Below the pieces are notes generated by a model. It searched no databases. It had not been told where the DNA came from and saw only the letters and a program-made list of their open reading frames with translations. The position numbers and the translations under genes are program-made. Positions 7,097 to 14,775 of a stretch of DNA of 45,394 bases are shown here, piece by piece. Source of the stretch: a virus; IMG/VR virus record IMGVR_UViG_3300010376_000016, positions 1 through 45,394 of that record. The stretch is one strand, 5' to 3'. Numbering within the stretch: position 1 is the stretch's first letter; each line of letters starts with the position of its first letter.

Positions 7097-7524
7097 GCGA
7101 CGACCAGATCGACATGTTCGCGGCGCTCGCCCCTCTCAGTGGCGCAACCTCGTTGCTTCCCAGCCCAAGCGTCAACGAGCCGGGGAAGGTGCAACGCGAC
7201 GGGATGGCGACGTCGCGAGCGGCGGCGATCGCACTCTTCCCGAAGTCGGGGACGCAGCGCCGAACGGTGCTCGACTACATCGGCCGCTACGACCCGCACG
7301 GGCTGACCGACCGCGAGCTCCAGCAGATGACGCGCATTCGGCGAGCCCGCACCCGTCGCAGTGAGCTCGTGGAACAAGGCTGGGTGATCGACTCCGGGCG
7401 TAAGCGCCGTCTGCCGGACACGAAGAACCTGGCGGAGGTCTGGATCCTCTCCGACGCCGGACGCGAGCAATGGGTCGATCTCGGTTCGATCCCGACGAAC
7501 GACATCGGCGTCGAAGGAGACTGA
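7093..7524 (+). CDS. Winged-helix DNA-binding protein (143 aa)
   Basis: RRTVLDYIGRYDPHGLTDRELQQMT...RRSELVEQGWV resembles a MarR-like wHTH. Confidence 0.5.
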   Translation: MSDDQIDMFAALAPLSGATSLLPSPSVNEPGKVQRDGMATSRAAAIALFPKSGTQRRTVLDYIGRYDPHGLTDRELQQMTRIRRARTRRSELVEQGWVIDSGRKRRLPDTKNLAEVWILSDAGREQWVDLGSIPTNDIGVEGD

Positions 7525-8213
7525 TGACACTCGCGCCGCTCGAAGAGCGCTGGCAAGTCAAGGGCGTCACGGGCGCGGCCTACAAGGTCGGGCCGTGGTG
7601 CGCGAACCCGTTCTGCAGCCGTCAGGCGCAACACGCGCATCACATCGTGCGCCGTTCGGCGCTCGGCGGCGAGTTCCCTTGGGTCGAGATCGACGGCTGG
7701 GTCGTCGGCAACCTGACCGGGCTCTGCGTCCCCTGCCACAACGACATCACCGGCAAGCTCGGCGGTCACAAGGCCGCGATCTCGATCGACGTCCCGGACC
7801 GAAAGTTCTACTGGGCGACCGTCGATGCGGTCGTCAACGGTGTCCCTCGTCTTTCCAACTTCGGGCTGCTCGAACCGCAGCCTCCGACTCCTGAGCTACT
7901 GCTCTCTGAGCGAGCCCTCGGCCAAGGGATCGAGTCGGAGCACTGTCCGTTCTGCGGCTCGATCAAGCGGCGGCGGCGCGACAAGGTGGGGCCAGACACG
8001 CGCCGCCGCCGTAAGACCTGGACGGTCTCCGTCCCCGACGACACCGAAGACGGCGCGGCGATCCTCGACACGTTCATCGAGGACATCGAGTCGCTGCTCG
8101 GGGTGAGCGAATGGGAGGAACGGAACCGCCGCTACTGGGCGCTCGTCCATGCGCTCGCCTGGGTGATGCAGCACCGTGGTTCGTTCGAGCACGACTGGAA
8201 GGTCGCGGCATGA
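7524..8213 (+). CDS. HNH endonuclease (229 aa)
   Basis: QHAHHIVRRS...GNLTGLCVPCHNDIT. Confidence 0.85.
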   Translation: MTLAPLEERWQVKGVTGAAYKVGPWCANPFCSRQAQHAHHIVRRSALGGEFPWVEIDGWVVGNLTGLCVPCHNDITGKLGGHKAAISIDVPDRKFYWATVDAVVNGVPRLSNFGLLEPQPPTPELLLSERALGQGIESEHCPFCGSIKRRRRDKVGPDTRRRRKTWTVSVPDDTEDGAAILDTFIEDIESLLGVSEWEERNRRYWALVHALAWVMQHRGSFEHDWKVAA

Positions 8214-8353
8214 ACGACGACGAGCTCGTCACCGAAGAAGGAGCTCCACGCTGTCCGTACTGCGACCGCGTGATGTCGAACCGCGAAGCGGCCGAGCAAG
8301 GAGCCTGCAACGACTGCTACGGCGGTGCGTGGTCGCCCGAGGAGGACGCATGA
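8210..8353 (+). CDS. Small zinc-ribbon protein (47 aa)
   Basis: CPYC...CNDC; ATGA overlaps. Confidence 0.5.
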   Translation: MNDDELVTEEGAPRCPYCDRVMSNREAAEQGACNDCYGGAWSPEEDA

Positions 8354-8760
8354 GCGCCGGATCGCGCGGGTCGAGCCGCGAACGGCAGGTCCTGATCAAG
8401 CTCGTGACGGACGGCTGGGTCGTCTACCGCTCAGCTGGCTCGCACAAGCCCGCCGACCTGATCGCGCTGCACGTCGGGGAGACGCCGCGCCTGATCCAGG
8501 TCAAGGGATCGAAGGTCGGTGCGTTCCACGACTTCCCGCCCGATGATCGCAAGGCGCTGATCGAGGAGGCGTTCCGTGCTGGCGCAGAAGCGTGGCTCGT
8601 CTGGTGGCCACCACGAGGCGAGATGCGCTGGATCGCGCCGGACGCCTGGCCGAACGGCAGAGAGATGAGGACGCAGATCGCACGTCTGGTGATCGCGTCC
8701 GACGGCGACCTGGATCACGCGCTCCGCGTGAGCCGTGAAATCGAGAGGACGGCCCCATGA
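8350..8760 (+). CDS. Hjc-like PD-(D/E)XK Holliday-junction resolvase (136 aa)
   Basis: GSSRERQVLIKLVTDGWVVYRSAGSHKPADLIAL...LIQVKGSK matches the Hjc pattern. Confidence 0.7.
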   Translation: MSAGSRGSSRERQVLIKLVTDGWVVYRSAGSHKPADLIALHVGETPRLIQVKGSKVGAFHDFPPDDRKALIEEAFRAGAEAWLVWWPPRGEMRWIAPDAWPNGREMRTQIARLVIASDGDLDHALRVSREIERTAP

Positions 8761-8897
8761 CGATCCATCTCGCCACCTACACGTTCCTGCGCGGCAAGAC
8801 GTTGGTGCAGTGCAGTTGCGGCTGGAACGGCGGCAAGCACGTCAAGTACGCGAAAGCCCAGAACGCCTGGCTCGAACACGAACGGAGGGCAGCATGA
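8757..8897 (+). CDS. Hypothetical small protein (46 aa)
   Basis: Hand-translated; ATGA overlaps at both ends. Confidence 0.45.
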   Translation: MTIHLATYTFLRGKTLVQCSCGWNGGKHVKYAKAQNAWLEHERRAA

Positions 8898-9349
8898 GCG
8901 ACGAACCCGACGAGCTCGAAGAGATCGAAGGCGAAGTGATCCTGGCCGAGAGCGAGGGCAGTGAGCCCGGCTCGACACGCACGATCCGCGTCTACGACAA
9001 AGCCCGGGGCGACTTCACGCTGGAGATCCCGTCCGAGTCCACAGTGACGTTCGGCTACTTCAACCCGGCAACGGCGGGCGACCGCTCTCCGAACTACGAC
9101 ATGCGCGGCGCGGGGCTGACGTTGAAGGCGACGGCGCTGCGAATCTACAAGAAGGGCAAGACGAGCTCGCAGCTTGCCTGCTTCCTCGGCGTCGATGGCT
9201 TCCGCGATCTCTCGCTCAAGCTGACGCGCCTCCGCCAGCGCGTCGTGATCGAGTCGAACTTCGAGGACGACGGCGAGGGCAACCAGAAGTGGGGAGGGAA
9301 CGAGCAGCGCAAACTGATCCGTGCAGCGGAGGACGAGGAGATCCTCTAG
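8894..9349 (+). CDS. Hypothetical protein with acidic N-terminus (151 aa)
   Basis: In frame with ORF 8735..9349; ATGA overlap. Confidence 0.65.
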   Translation: MSDEPDELEEIEGEVILAESEGSEPGSTRTIRVYDKARGDFTLEIPSESTVTFGYFNPATAGDRSPNYDMRGAGLTLKATALRIYKKGKTSSQLACFLGVDGFRDLSLKLTRLRQRVVIESNFEDDGEGNQKWGGNEQRKLIRAAEDEEIL

Positions 9350-9958
9350 GTGCTGATCCTCGTCCATACCGCGCACCCGCAGGCGGTCGAACACGCCGGT
9401 CCCGGCTTCGGTCGTCTCCTCTCGCCGCGCGACTACTCGCGGGCCCGCGACACGGGCGCGGCCGGAATCCCCTGGGCGGCCGACAACGACGCCTTCAACG
9501 ACTTCCACCCGCACCGCTACGCGCAGATGCTGATGACACTGCGCGGAGCCCCCGGCTGCCTGTTCGTGACGCTGCCCGACGTCGTGGCCGACTGGCAACA
9601 GACCCGGCATCTAGCCGACCAGTGGCTAGCGTCGCTGCACGACCTGCCGGTCGCCTACGTCGCGCAGGACGGCCAGCCCGAGGCGCTCGTCCCTTGGGAG
9701 TCGATCGACTGTTTGTTCCTCGGCGGGACGACGTCGTTCAAGCTCTCCGCCGACGCGCAGCGGCTCGGCCGCGAGGCGAAGGACAAGGGCAAGTGGCTGC
9801 ACATGGGGCGCGTCAACTCGCGCAAGCGGTTCGACTACGCGCGGGCGATCCACTGCGACTCGGTGGACGGCTCGTCGTTCTCGAAGTGGCGCGAGACGTA
9901 CGTGCCCGAAGCCCTCGAATGGCACAAGGAGCCGTTTCAGATGGTGACCGAGACATGA
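9350..9958 (+). CDS. dpdA: DpdA-like DNA-guanine transglycosylase (TGT superfamily, short form, 202 aa)
   Basis: WAADNDAF and HMGRVNS...CDSVDGSSFSKW resemble the two conserved TGT/DpdA blocks; adjacent to a YhhQ-type transporter. Confidence 0.5.
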   Translation: MLILVHTAHPQAVEHAGPGFGRLLSPRDYSRARDTGAAGIPWAADNDAFNDFHPHRYAQMLMTLRGAPGCLFVTLPDVVADWQQTRHLADQWLASLHDLPVAYVAQDGQPEALVPWESIDCLFLGGTTSFKLSADAQRLGREAKDKGKWLHMGRVNSRKRFDYARAIHCDSVDGSSFSKWRETYVPEALEWHKEPFQMVTET

Positions 9959-10227
9959 TCGCGACCCGTTACGTGCTGACCGTGACCGCCAAGTGTCCGG
10001 TCGCCTTCGACTACGTCGATGTCTACGACCTGACGGTCGAGGCGGAGCAGCGAACGATCCCGGTCGAGGACATCCTCGACGCCATCGCCCGCCTGACCGA
10101 GAAGCCGATCTTCCAGGAGGAGCTCACCGAACGACTGTCGGAAGAGCTCAGAGCGACCGTCGAGACGTTCGGCACCCACTCGGGTGTCAAGACGACCTGC
10201 GTTGCGGTCTACGAGGAGCAGCCATGA
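9955..10227 (+). CDS. QueF/QueF-L-like T-fold protein (90 aa)
   Basis: KCPVAFDYVDVYDLTV...FQEELTERLSEEL parallels QueF CPxTGQPDF...FHEDC; the ExKSxKLY NADPH motif is absent. Confidence 0.4.
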   Translation: MIATRYVLTVTAKCPVAFDYVDVYDLTVEAEQRTIPVEDILDAIARLTEKPIFQEELTERLSEELRATVETFGTHSGVKTTCVAVYEEQP

Positions 10228-10751
10228 CGAAGCTCGTCGCCACGCTCGCCGCCGTCTACGTCGGGCTCGCGATCCTCGCGAACTGGCTGGCCTCGAAGTA
10301 CACGATCACCGTCCCCTTCACCGACTACCTCGCCCCAGTTGGCGTCCTCGCGATCAGGGCCGTGCTCGTGATCCGCGACTGGCTGCAGCAGTTGACGAAC
10401 CTCTGGTGGTCGCTCGCGTTGATGGTGCTCGCCGCCGCCTCGTCCTACCTGATCGGCGTCGCGGCCGGGTGGACGTCGCTGCAGAAGATCGCGATCGCGT
10501 CGGTGATCGCCTTCCTCGTCTCCGAGTCGATCGAGGCCGTCGTCTTCACGCCGCTGCGGAACCGCAACCTGACGCTCGGCGTCGGCTTGAGCGCGACGGT
10601 CGGCAACGCGATCGACTCCTACCTGTTCCTGACGATCGCCTTCGGCTCGCTCGCCTTCTTCTGGGGCAACTTCATCGGCAAGTTGGAGATGATCGCCGTC
10701 GGCGTCGTCCTGACGCTCGGCCGTCGCAGGTTCCTGGCGGTGGCGACGTGA
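10224..10751 (+). CDS. yhhQ: YhhQ/DUF165 (VUT) family queuosine-precursor (preQ0) transporter (175 aa)
   Basis: Multi-pass membrane protein; SATVGNAIDSYLFLTIAFG matches the conserved YhhQ block. Confidence 0.65.
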   Translation: MTKLVATLAAVYVGLAILANWLASKYTITVPFTDYLAPVGVLAIRAVLVIRDWLQQLTNLWWSLALMVLAAASSYLIGVAAGWTSLQKIAIASVIAFLVSESIEAVVFTPLRNRNLTLGVGLSATVGNAIDSYLFLTIAFGSLAFFWGNFIGKLEMIAVGVVLTLGRRRFLAVAT

Positions 10752-10837
10752 GCATCACCGCCATCTTCACCGGAGCGCTGCTCGGGCTCGCGGCTTGGCT
10801 GCTGATCATCGGCCTCGTCTGGTGGTGGGTCTCGTGA
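10748..10837 (+). CDS. Membrane micro-protein (29 aa, VSITAIFTGALLGLAAWLLIIGLVWWWVS)
   Basis: GTGA overlaps at both ends. Confidence 0.45.
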   Translation: MSITAIFTGALLGLAAWLLIIGLVWWWVS

Positions 10838-11091
10838 GGCCGCGCTTCAAGGCGGGCAGCCTGACCGGCTTCACGAGCGACAAGGCAGTCAGCCCGACCA
10901 CGACCTGGTACGTCTTCGACCGCTCCTACGCGCACCGGGTCGTCGGCACCTTCGACGGCCCGCGCGGCGCGCAGCGCGCGCAAGCCTTCGCCGCCAAGCT
11001 GAACGACTGCCCCGAGCTCCTGCAGCAGTTGCTCGCAGGTGATTTATCTCTTTCACCGAGACGGCAAAGCGGGGTGAGGCTGCAGGGCTGA
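10834..11091 (+). CDS. Hypothetical protein (85 aa)
   Basis: GTG in frame with ORF 10795..11091. Confidence 0.5.
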   Translation: MRPRFKAGSLTGFTSDKAVSPTTTWYVFDRSYAHRVVGTFDGPRGAQRAQAFAAKLNDCPELLQQLLAGDLSLSPRRQSGVRLQG

Positions 11092-11358
11092 GCCGCCGAC
11101 AAGCTCTGTGAGAGCCGGGAACCAGTCTGGACGGGTCGGGGGCACTCGTAACTAGGTGAGCTCGACGGCCAGGAGTGGGCTCTGACTCGGATGGCCGACA
11201 GCGGACCTCGCTAGGCACCGCGCACCGCCCGAGTCAGAGCGAGTGGGGATCCGCCAGCGCAAGCAGTGGGACGGCTGGGAACCCCGGACACAGAGCGTAG
11301 CGAGCCGAAGGCAAGCCCGCCGCTGCTCGGCTCGACTAGGCGGCCTACCTAGCAAGGG

Positions 11359-11835
11359 ATGAGCAAGCCGTTCCCTGAAACCAAGCGCTGCAACGGGCCC
11401 GCACACGCCGAGCCGGTCCTGCTCCCGCTCGACGGCGAACACTGGTACTTCCACCGGACCGGCAGTCGAGTCGGCTCGCCGGTCACGCCCTGCCGCCAGT
11501 GCGTGAACTGGAGCAAGCTGCTCAAGCCGGAGGGCCCGCACGGCTACGTGCCGATCAAGGACGTGCTCCCCTACGTGCGCGAGCTCGTGGAGCGCTGCGG
11601 CTCGATCTACAAGACCTGCAGGCGGCACGGGTTCGCGGAGGACACGTTGCGTCAGGCCTTGAACGGCGGGCACGAGCAGATGCAGAAGAAGACGATCGGG
11701 CGCGTCCTGCTCGCGCTGCAGGAGCAGCGTCAGTTCGACCGCAAGAACGGGACGAGCTCGCGCTTTCACGAGGAGGTACGACGGCGAGCAGAAGCGGAGA
11801 AGAGAAGGATGCGGAGCGAGTGGAATCGAGAATGA
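11359..11835 (+). CDS. Hypothetical Cys-containing basic protein upstream of the integrase (158 aa); possible DNA-binding function
   Basis: ORF track; high GC3; basic C-terminus. Confidence 0.65.
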   Translation: MSKPFPETKRCNGPAHAEPVLLPLDGEHWYFHRTGSRVGSPVTPCRQCVNWSKLLKPEGPHGYVPIKDVLPYVRELVERCGSIYKTCRRHGFAEDTLRQALNGGHEQMQKKTIGRVLLALQEQRQFDRKNGTSSRFHEEVRRRAEAEKRRMRSEWNRE

Positions 11836-11902
11836 GTACGGCCCGACTAGTGCGGCTAGAATGCGATGGTCTAAATCCATCGACCTCACACAAGGAGGAA
11901 CC

Positions 11903-13126
11903 GTGTCTGAGTTCATCCCGCACCCTGACCGTGCGGCCTTCCCGTACCTCAAGCAACGCCGCAACGGCGTCTGGTACATCATCCAGGGGCGCAACGGCCG
12001 CTCACCGCGTCGCGACTCGCTCAAGACGACCGAGATCCGCGAAGCCGAGAAGCGCTACCACCAGCTGGTCGGGCTCGACCCCGGCGCGAACCAGAAGATC
12101 ACCGTCACCAAGGCGTGGGCGCTCTTCATGGCTGACCACTCCGCCAGCGAAGACACCCGTGACCGCTACCAGACCGCCTGGCGGATGGACATCGAGAACG
12201 AGATCGGGCACATGCTGGTCGCCAAGGTGACGCCCGGCGACTTGCAGCGGCTGCTCGACAAGGCTGCCGAGCGCAAGACGAGTCGAGGCACCCTGCTCTC
12301 CGAGAACTCGCGCCGCAACATCGAGGTCGCGCTCTCTGCCTTCTTCACCTGGTGCATCTCAGTCCCGCAGGAGTACCGGCTCGACAGTCCGGTCAAGCGG
12401 CTCGACAAGAAGAAGCGAGCTCGCGTCCGCAAGCGTTCTCACGCCGAGCTCAACCTGTACGTCACGACCGAGGAGATCGACCTGATCGCGGCGGCGGCCG
12501 GAAAGGTCGGACGGAACAACGTCAACGGCCAGATCCTCGCCGTCCAGATGCCGGTGATCGTGCTCCTGCTGCCGCTGCTCGGGCTCCGCATCAGCGAGCT
12601 TCTCGGCCTCCGTGTCAGCGACTGGCACCGCCTGCACGGCGAGCTCGTGGTCGAGCGCCAGCGCGCGCGCAAGGGCTCGGTCAAGGACCCCGGCTCGCTC
12701 GTCAAGGGACTCAAGGGCGAGGCGACCACGATCGGTGACAAGCGGCGCGTCGTCACCCTCTCGCCCTTCGCGTCGAAGACGCTGGCCGCCTACGTCGATC
12801 GCGGCGTCACGGAAGGCTGGCTGCACCACGACGGCTATCTCTTCCCGACCTACAAGGGGACGCCGCGCACCTCGTCATTCGTGATGGCGAAGCTGCGCGA
12901 GGCGGTCAAAGAGGCAGGAATCGGGCGCACGATCACCGCCCACTATTTCCGACACACGCTCGTCTCGGACGCGATCAAGTCGTACACCGATCAGGGCTCG
13001 AACGTGAACTGGACGTTGATCGGTGACACGCTCGGCCACACGCCCGAGGTCGCCCGCAAGATCTACGGGCACGTCGAACGGACCGACGCGATCCGGCGCG
13101 AGCAGGCGCGCTTCGCGGGACGCTAG
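11903..13126 (+). CDS. int: Tyrosine integrase (407 aa)
   Basis: AHYFRHT (HxxR), LGH, KIYGHV catalytic Tyr region; GTG directly after CACACAAGGAGGAACC. Confidence 0.92.
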   Translation: MSEFIPHPDRAAFPYLKQRRNGVWYIIQGRNGRSPRRDSLKTTEIREAEKRYHQLVGLDPGANQKITVTKAWALFMADHSASEDTRDRYQTAWRMDIENEIGHMLVAKVTPGDLQRLLDKAAERKTSRGTLLSENSRRNIEVALSAFFTWCISVPQEYRLDSPVKRLDKKKRARVRKRSHAELNLYVTTEEIDLIAAAAGKVGRNNVNGQILAVQMPVIVLLLPLLGLRISELLGLRVSDWHRLHGELVVERQRARKGSVKDPGSLVKGLKGEATTIGDKRRVVTLSPFASKTLAAYVDRGVTEGWLHHDGYLFPTYKGTPRTSSFVMAKLREAVKEAGIGRTITAHYFRHTLVSDAIKSYTDQGSNVNWTLIGDTLGHTPEVARKIYGHVERTDAIRREQARFAGR

Positions 13127-13232
13127 ACTCGTGCCCCCGCGAGGGGGAATCGGGACACCGGAGGGTGTCAGTCTGTTGGTAGGAGAGACGACAGGCTGGC
13201 ACCCTCTTCGTGTCTCTTGGAAGTGATAAAAG

Positions 13233-13248
13233 AGCCAGACAGAGCCAA
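13233..13248 (+). repeat. Arm-type site candidate AGCCAGACAGAGCCAA (15 of 16 identical to 13448-13463)
   Basis: Direct repeats flank the tRNA-like core. Confidence 0.5.
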
Positions 13249-13301
13249 AAACGAGGAGAACGTAACGCAAGACACGAACGATTTGGCTTAGATACAAGCT
13301 C

Positions 13302-13340
13302 GGAGGGGTGGCAGAGCGGTCGAATGCGGCGGTCTCGAAA
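13302..13340 (+). other. attP core candidate: 39 nt that read as the 5' half of a tRNA-Ser(CGA), from acceptor stem through anticodon loop
   Basis: GGAGGGG TG GCA GAGCGGTCGAA TGC G GCGGT CTCGAAA; no T arm or 3' acceptor strand follows. Confidence 0.6.
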
Positions 13341-13352
13341 CTCGCAAGGAGG

Positions 13353-13439
13353 CCCTGCAGGGGTGTTGCAAGATCGCGGAAGGGCTTAGGTAAGCCAAAG
13401 GCAGAAAAGCGGCAACGGTGTTGCAGGACTCCTGCAGGC
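13353..13439. repeat. Repeat cluster: palindromes CCCTGCAGGG (13353-13362) and CCTGCAGG (13431-13438) plus GGTGTTGCA(A/G)G at 13362 and 13417 (55 bp apart)
   Basis: Read directly; GGTGTTGCAA is the reverse complement of TTGCAACACC at 4485-4494. Confidence 0.7.
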
Positions 13440-13447
13440 CTGCGCAT

Positions 13448-13463
13448 AGCCAGCCAGAGCCAA
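13448..13463 (+). repeat. Arm-type site candidate AGCCAGCCAGAGCCAA, flanked by GCATAGCC direct repeats
   Basis: Read directly. Confidence 0.5.
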
Positions 13464-13483
13464 CGCATAGCCACCCCGGAACG

Positions 13484-13524
13484 ACAAAAAGCGACGGGAA
13501 CCAGCCCGAAGGCAGGTCCCCGTC
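13484..13524 (-). terminator. Intrinsic terminator of the late operon: long stem with UUCG loop followed by a U tract (minus strand GACGGGGACCTGCC-TTCG-GGCTGGTTCCCGTC GCTTTTTGT)
   Basis: Stem paired by hand, one mismatch; T5 run. Confidence 0.75.
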
Positions 13525-13707
13525 AGACTCTCTTACTCCCAGCAGCCCAAGCCACAGGAGTTGGACGAGAGCGAAAGGATGATAGGCACGAAGCGACTAC
13601 TTGAACAACTTCGTGACGAAGCAGCGCAACGTCTTTTTCATACGCGAAAAGCACATTGCGGAAACAAGAGTCGATTTGGAATCGAGGATGAGAGGTTGCG
13701 GTTAGAC

Positions 13708-14775
13708 CTAGCGGGAGATCACCCTCCGACCCCCGGCGAACTGACTCGCGTAGTAGGGCTCGGAGAGACTTGAGATCCGCACGACGTCCCCGGTGTGCGG
13801 GGCATGGATGAACTGGTTGTCACCGATGTAGAGCCCCTCGTGATGCACGTCGCCCTGGTCGCTGAAGAAGACGATGTCCCCCGGCCGGAGGTTCTGACGC
13901 GAGACGGGCTGGCCGACTTTGATCTGCTGGTAAGTCGTGCGCGGCAGGTTGACCCCGGCTTTGCCGTAGAGCCACTGGACGAAGCCCGAGCAGTCGAAGC
14001 CGGTCTTCGGGTTCGCGCCGCCCCACTGGTATGGCGTCCCGAGGTAGTGGTCAGCGAGACGGATCACCGCGCCCGCGTTCGGGCTGACGTCCTTCGAGTG
14101 ATCGACCTGGACGCCGACCGTGTTCGGGGTCGGTAGCGAGTAGGTGGTCGCCTGCGGCATCTGGCCGCTCATCCCCGGAGGCGGCTGCATCGCAACTGCC
14201 ATCGTCAGGTTCGAGAGCGCCTGGGAGGGGTCTTGTCCCAGTCCGCCGAAGGCGACCATGTTCGGGACCGAGAGCGGGTTCGAGAGCGGGTTCTGCGGCA
14301 GCGGCGGTGAGAGGGCCGACGGGGAGAGAGATGGTGCCGACCCTCCCAGGCCGCTGCCGGACATCCCCGGAAGGCTCGGTGAGCTCGGCAGTGGGAGGGG
14401 GGACGCCTGTCGGCCCGAAGAACCACCGAGGATGGACTTGACGTAGTTGTAAGTCTGACCGCCCGCGAAGTTCGGGTCGAGGTAGGCGTCGGGGCGGCCC
14501 GAGTTGTAGACGGAGAGCGCCTGCGCGACGTTGCCGCCGTGCTGGTTGACGAGCCCGGACATGTACTTGGCCGCCCAGTTCAGTTGGCCGACCGGGTCGT
14601 CCATCCCCGGCGCGTCCGGGTGCCAGTGCGGGACGATCTGGGCGATCCCCTGCGCCCCCGCGCCTGACTTAGCGTTCGGGTTGAAGCCCGACTCCTGCCG
14701 GATCTGGTTGACGAACCAATCCCCGAGCCCGTAGCGGCTGGCGATCTGTCTCGTGATCGCCTGGTAGTTCGGCAT
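13708..14775 (-). CDS. Virion-associated peptidoglycan hydrolase: N-terminal SLT lytic transglycosylase plus C-terminal NlpC/P60 endopeptidase (355 aa)
   Basis: ESGFNPNAKSGAGAQGIAQI...YNSG (SLT); YQWGGANPKTGFDCSGFV...GDIVFF...HHEGLYIG (NlpC/P60). Confidence 0.88.
   Translation of the reverse strand: MPNYQAITRQIASRYGLGDWFVNQIRQESGFNPNAKSGAGAQGIAQIVPHWHPDAPGMDDPVGQLNWAAKYMSGLVNQHGGNVAQALSVYNSGRPDAYLDPNFAGGQTYNYVKSILGGSSGRQASPLPLPSSPSLPGMSGSGLGGSAPSLSPSALSPPLPQNPLSNPLSVPNMVAFGGLGQDPSQALSNLTMAVAMQPPPGMSGQMPQATTYSLPTPNTVGVQVDHSKDVSPNAGAVIRLADHYLGTPYQWGGANPKTGFDCSGFVQWLYGKAGVNLPRTTYQQIKVGQPVSRQNLRPGDIVFFSDQGDVHHEGLYIGDNQFIHAPHTGDVVRISSLSEPYYASQFAGGRRVISR

Noticed and set aside
9289-10227. 312-aa ORF spanning the DpdA-like gene region
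   Set aside because: Only its last 90 codons (from ATG 9955) are coding-like. The rest is an Arg/Ala-rich shadow of the 9350..9958 gene.
13302-13340. Possible functional tRNA-Ser gene
   Set aside because: Only the 5' half is present. The 3' strand of the anticodon stem does not pair, and there is no variable arm, T arm or 3' acceptor strand. It is treated as an attP core instead.
13579-13773. 64-aa plus-strand ORF in the lower-GC segment (MIGTKRLLEQLRDEAAQ...)
   Set aside because: Its last ~22 codons run antisense into the lysin gene, the SD abuts the ATG with no spacing, and the codon usage is atypical. It could still be a moron, but support is weak.
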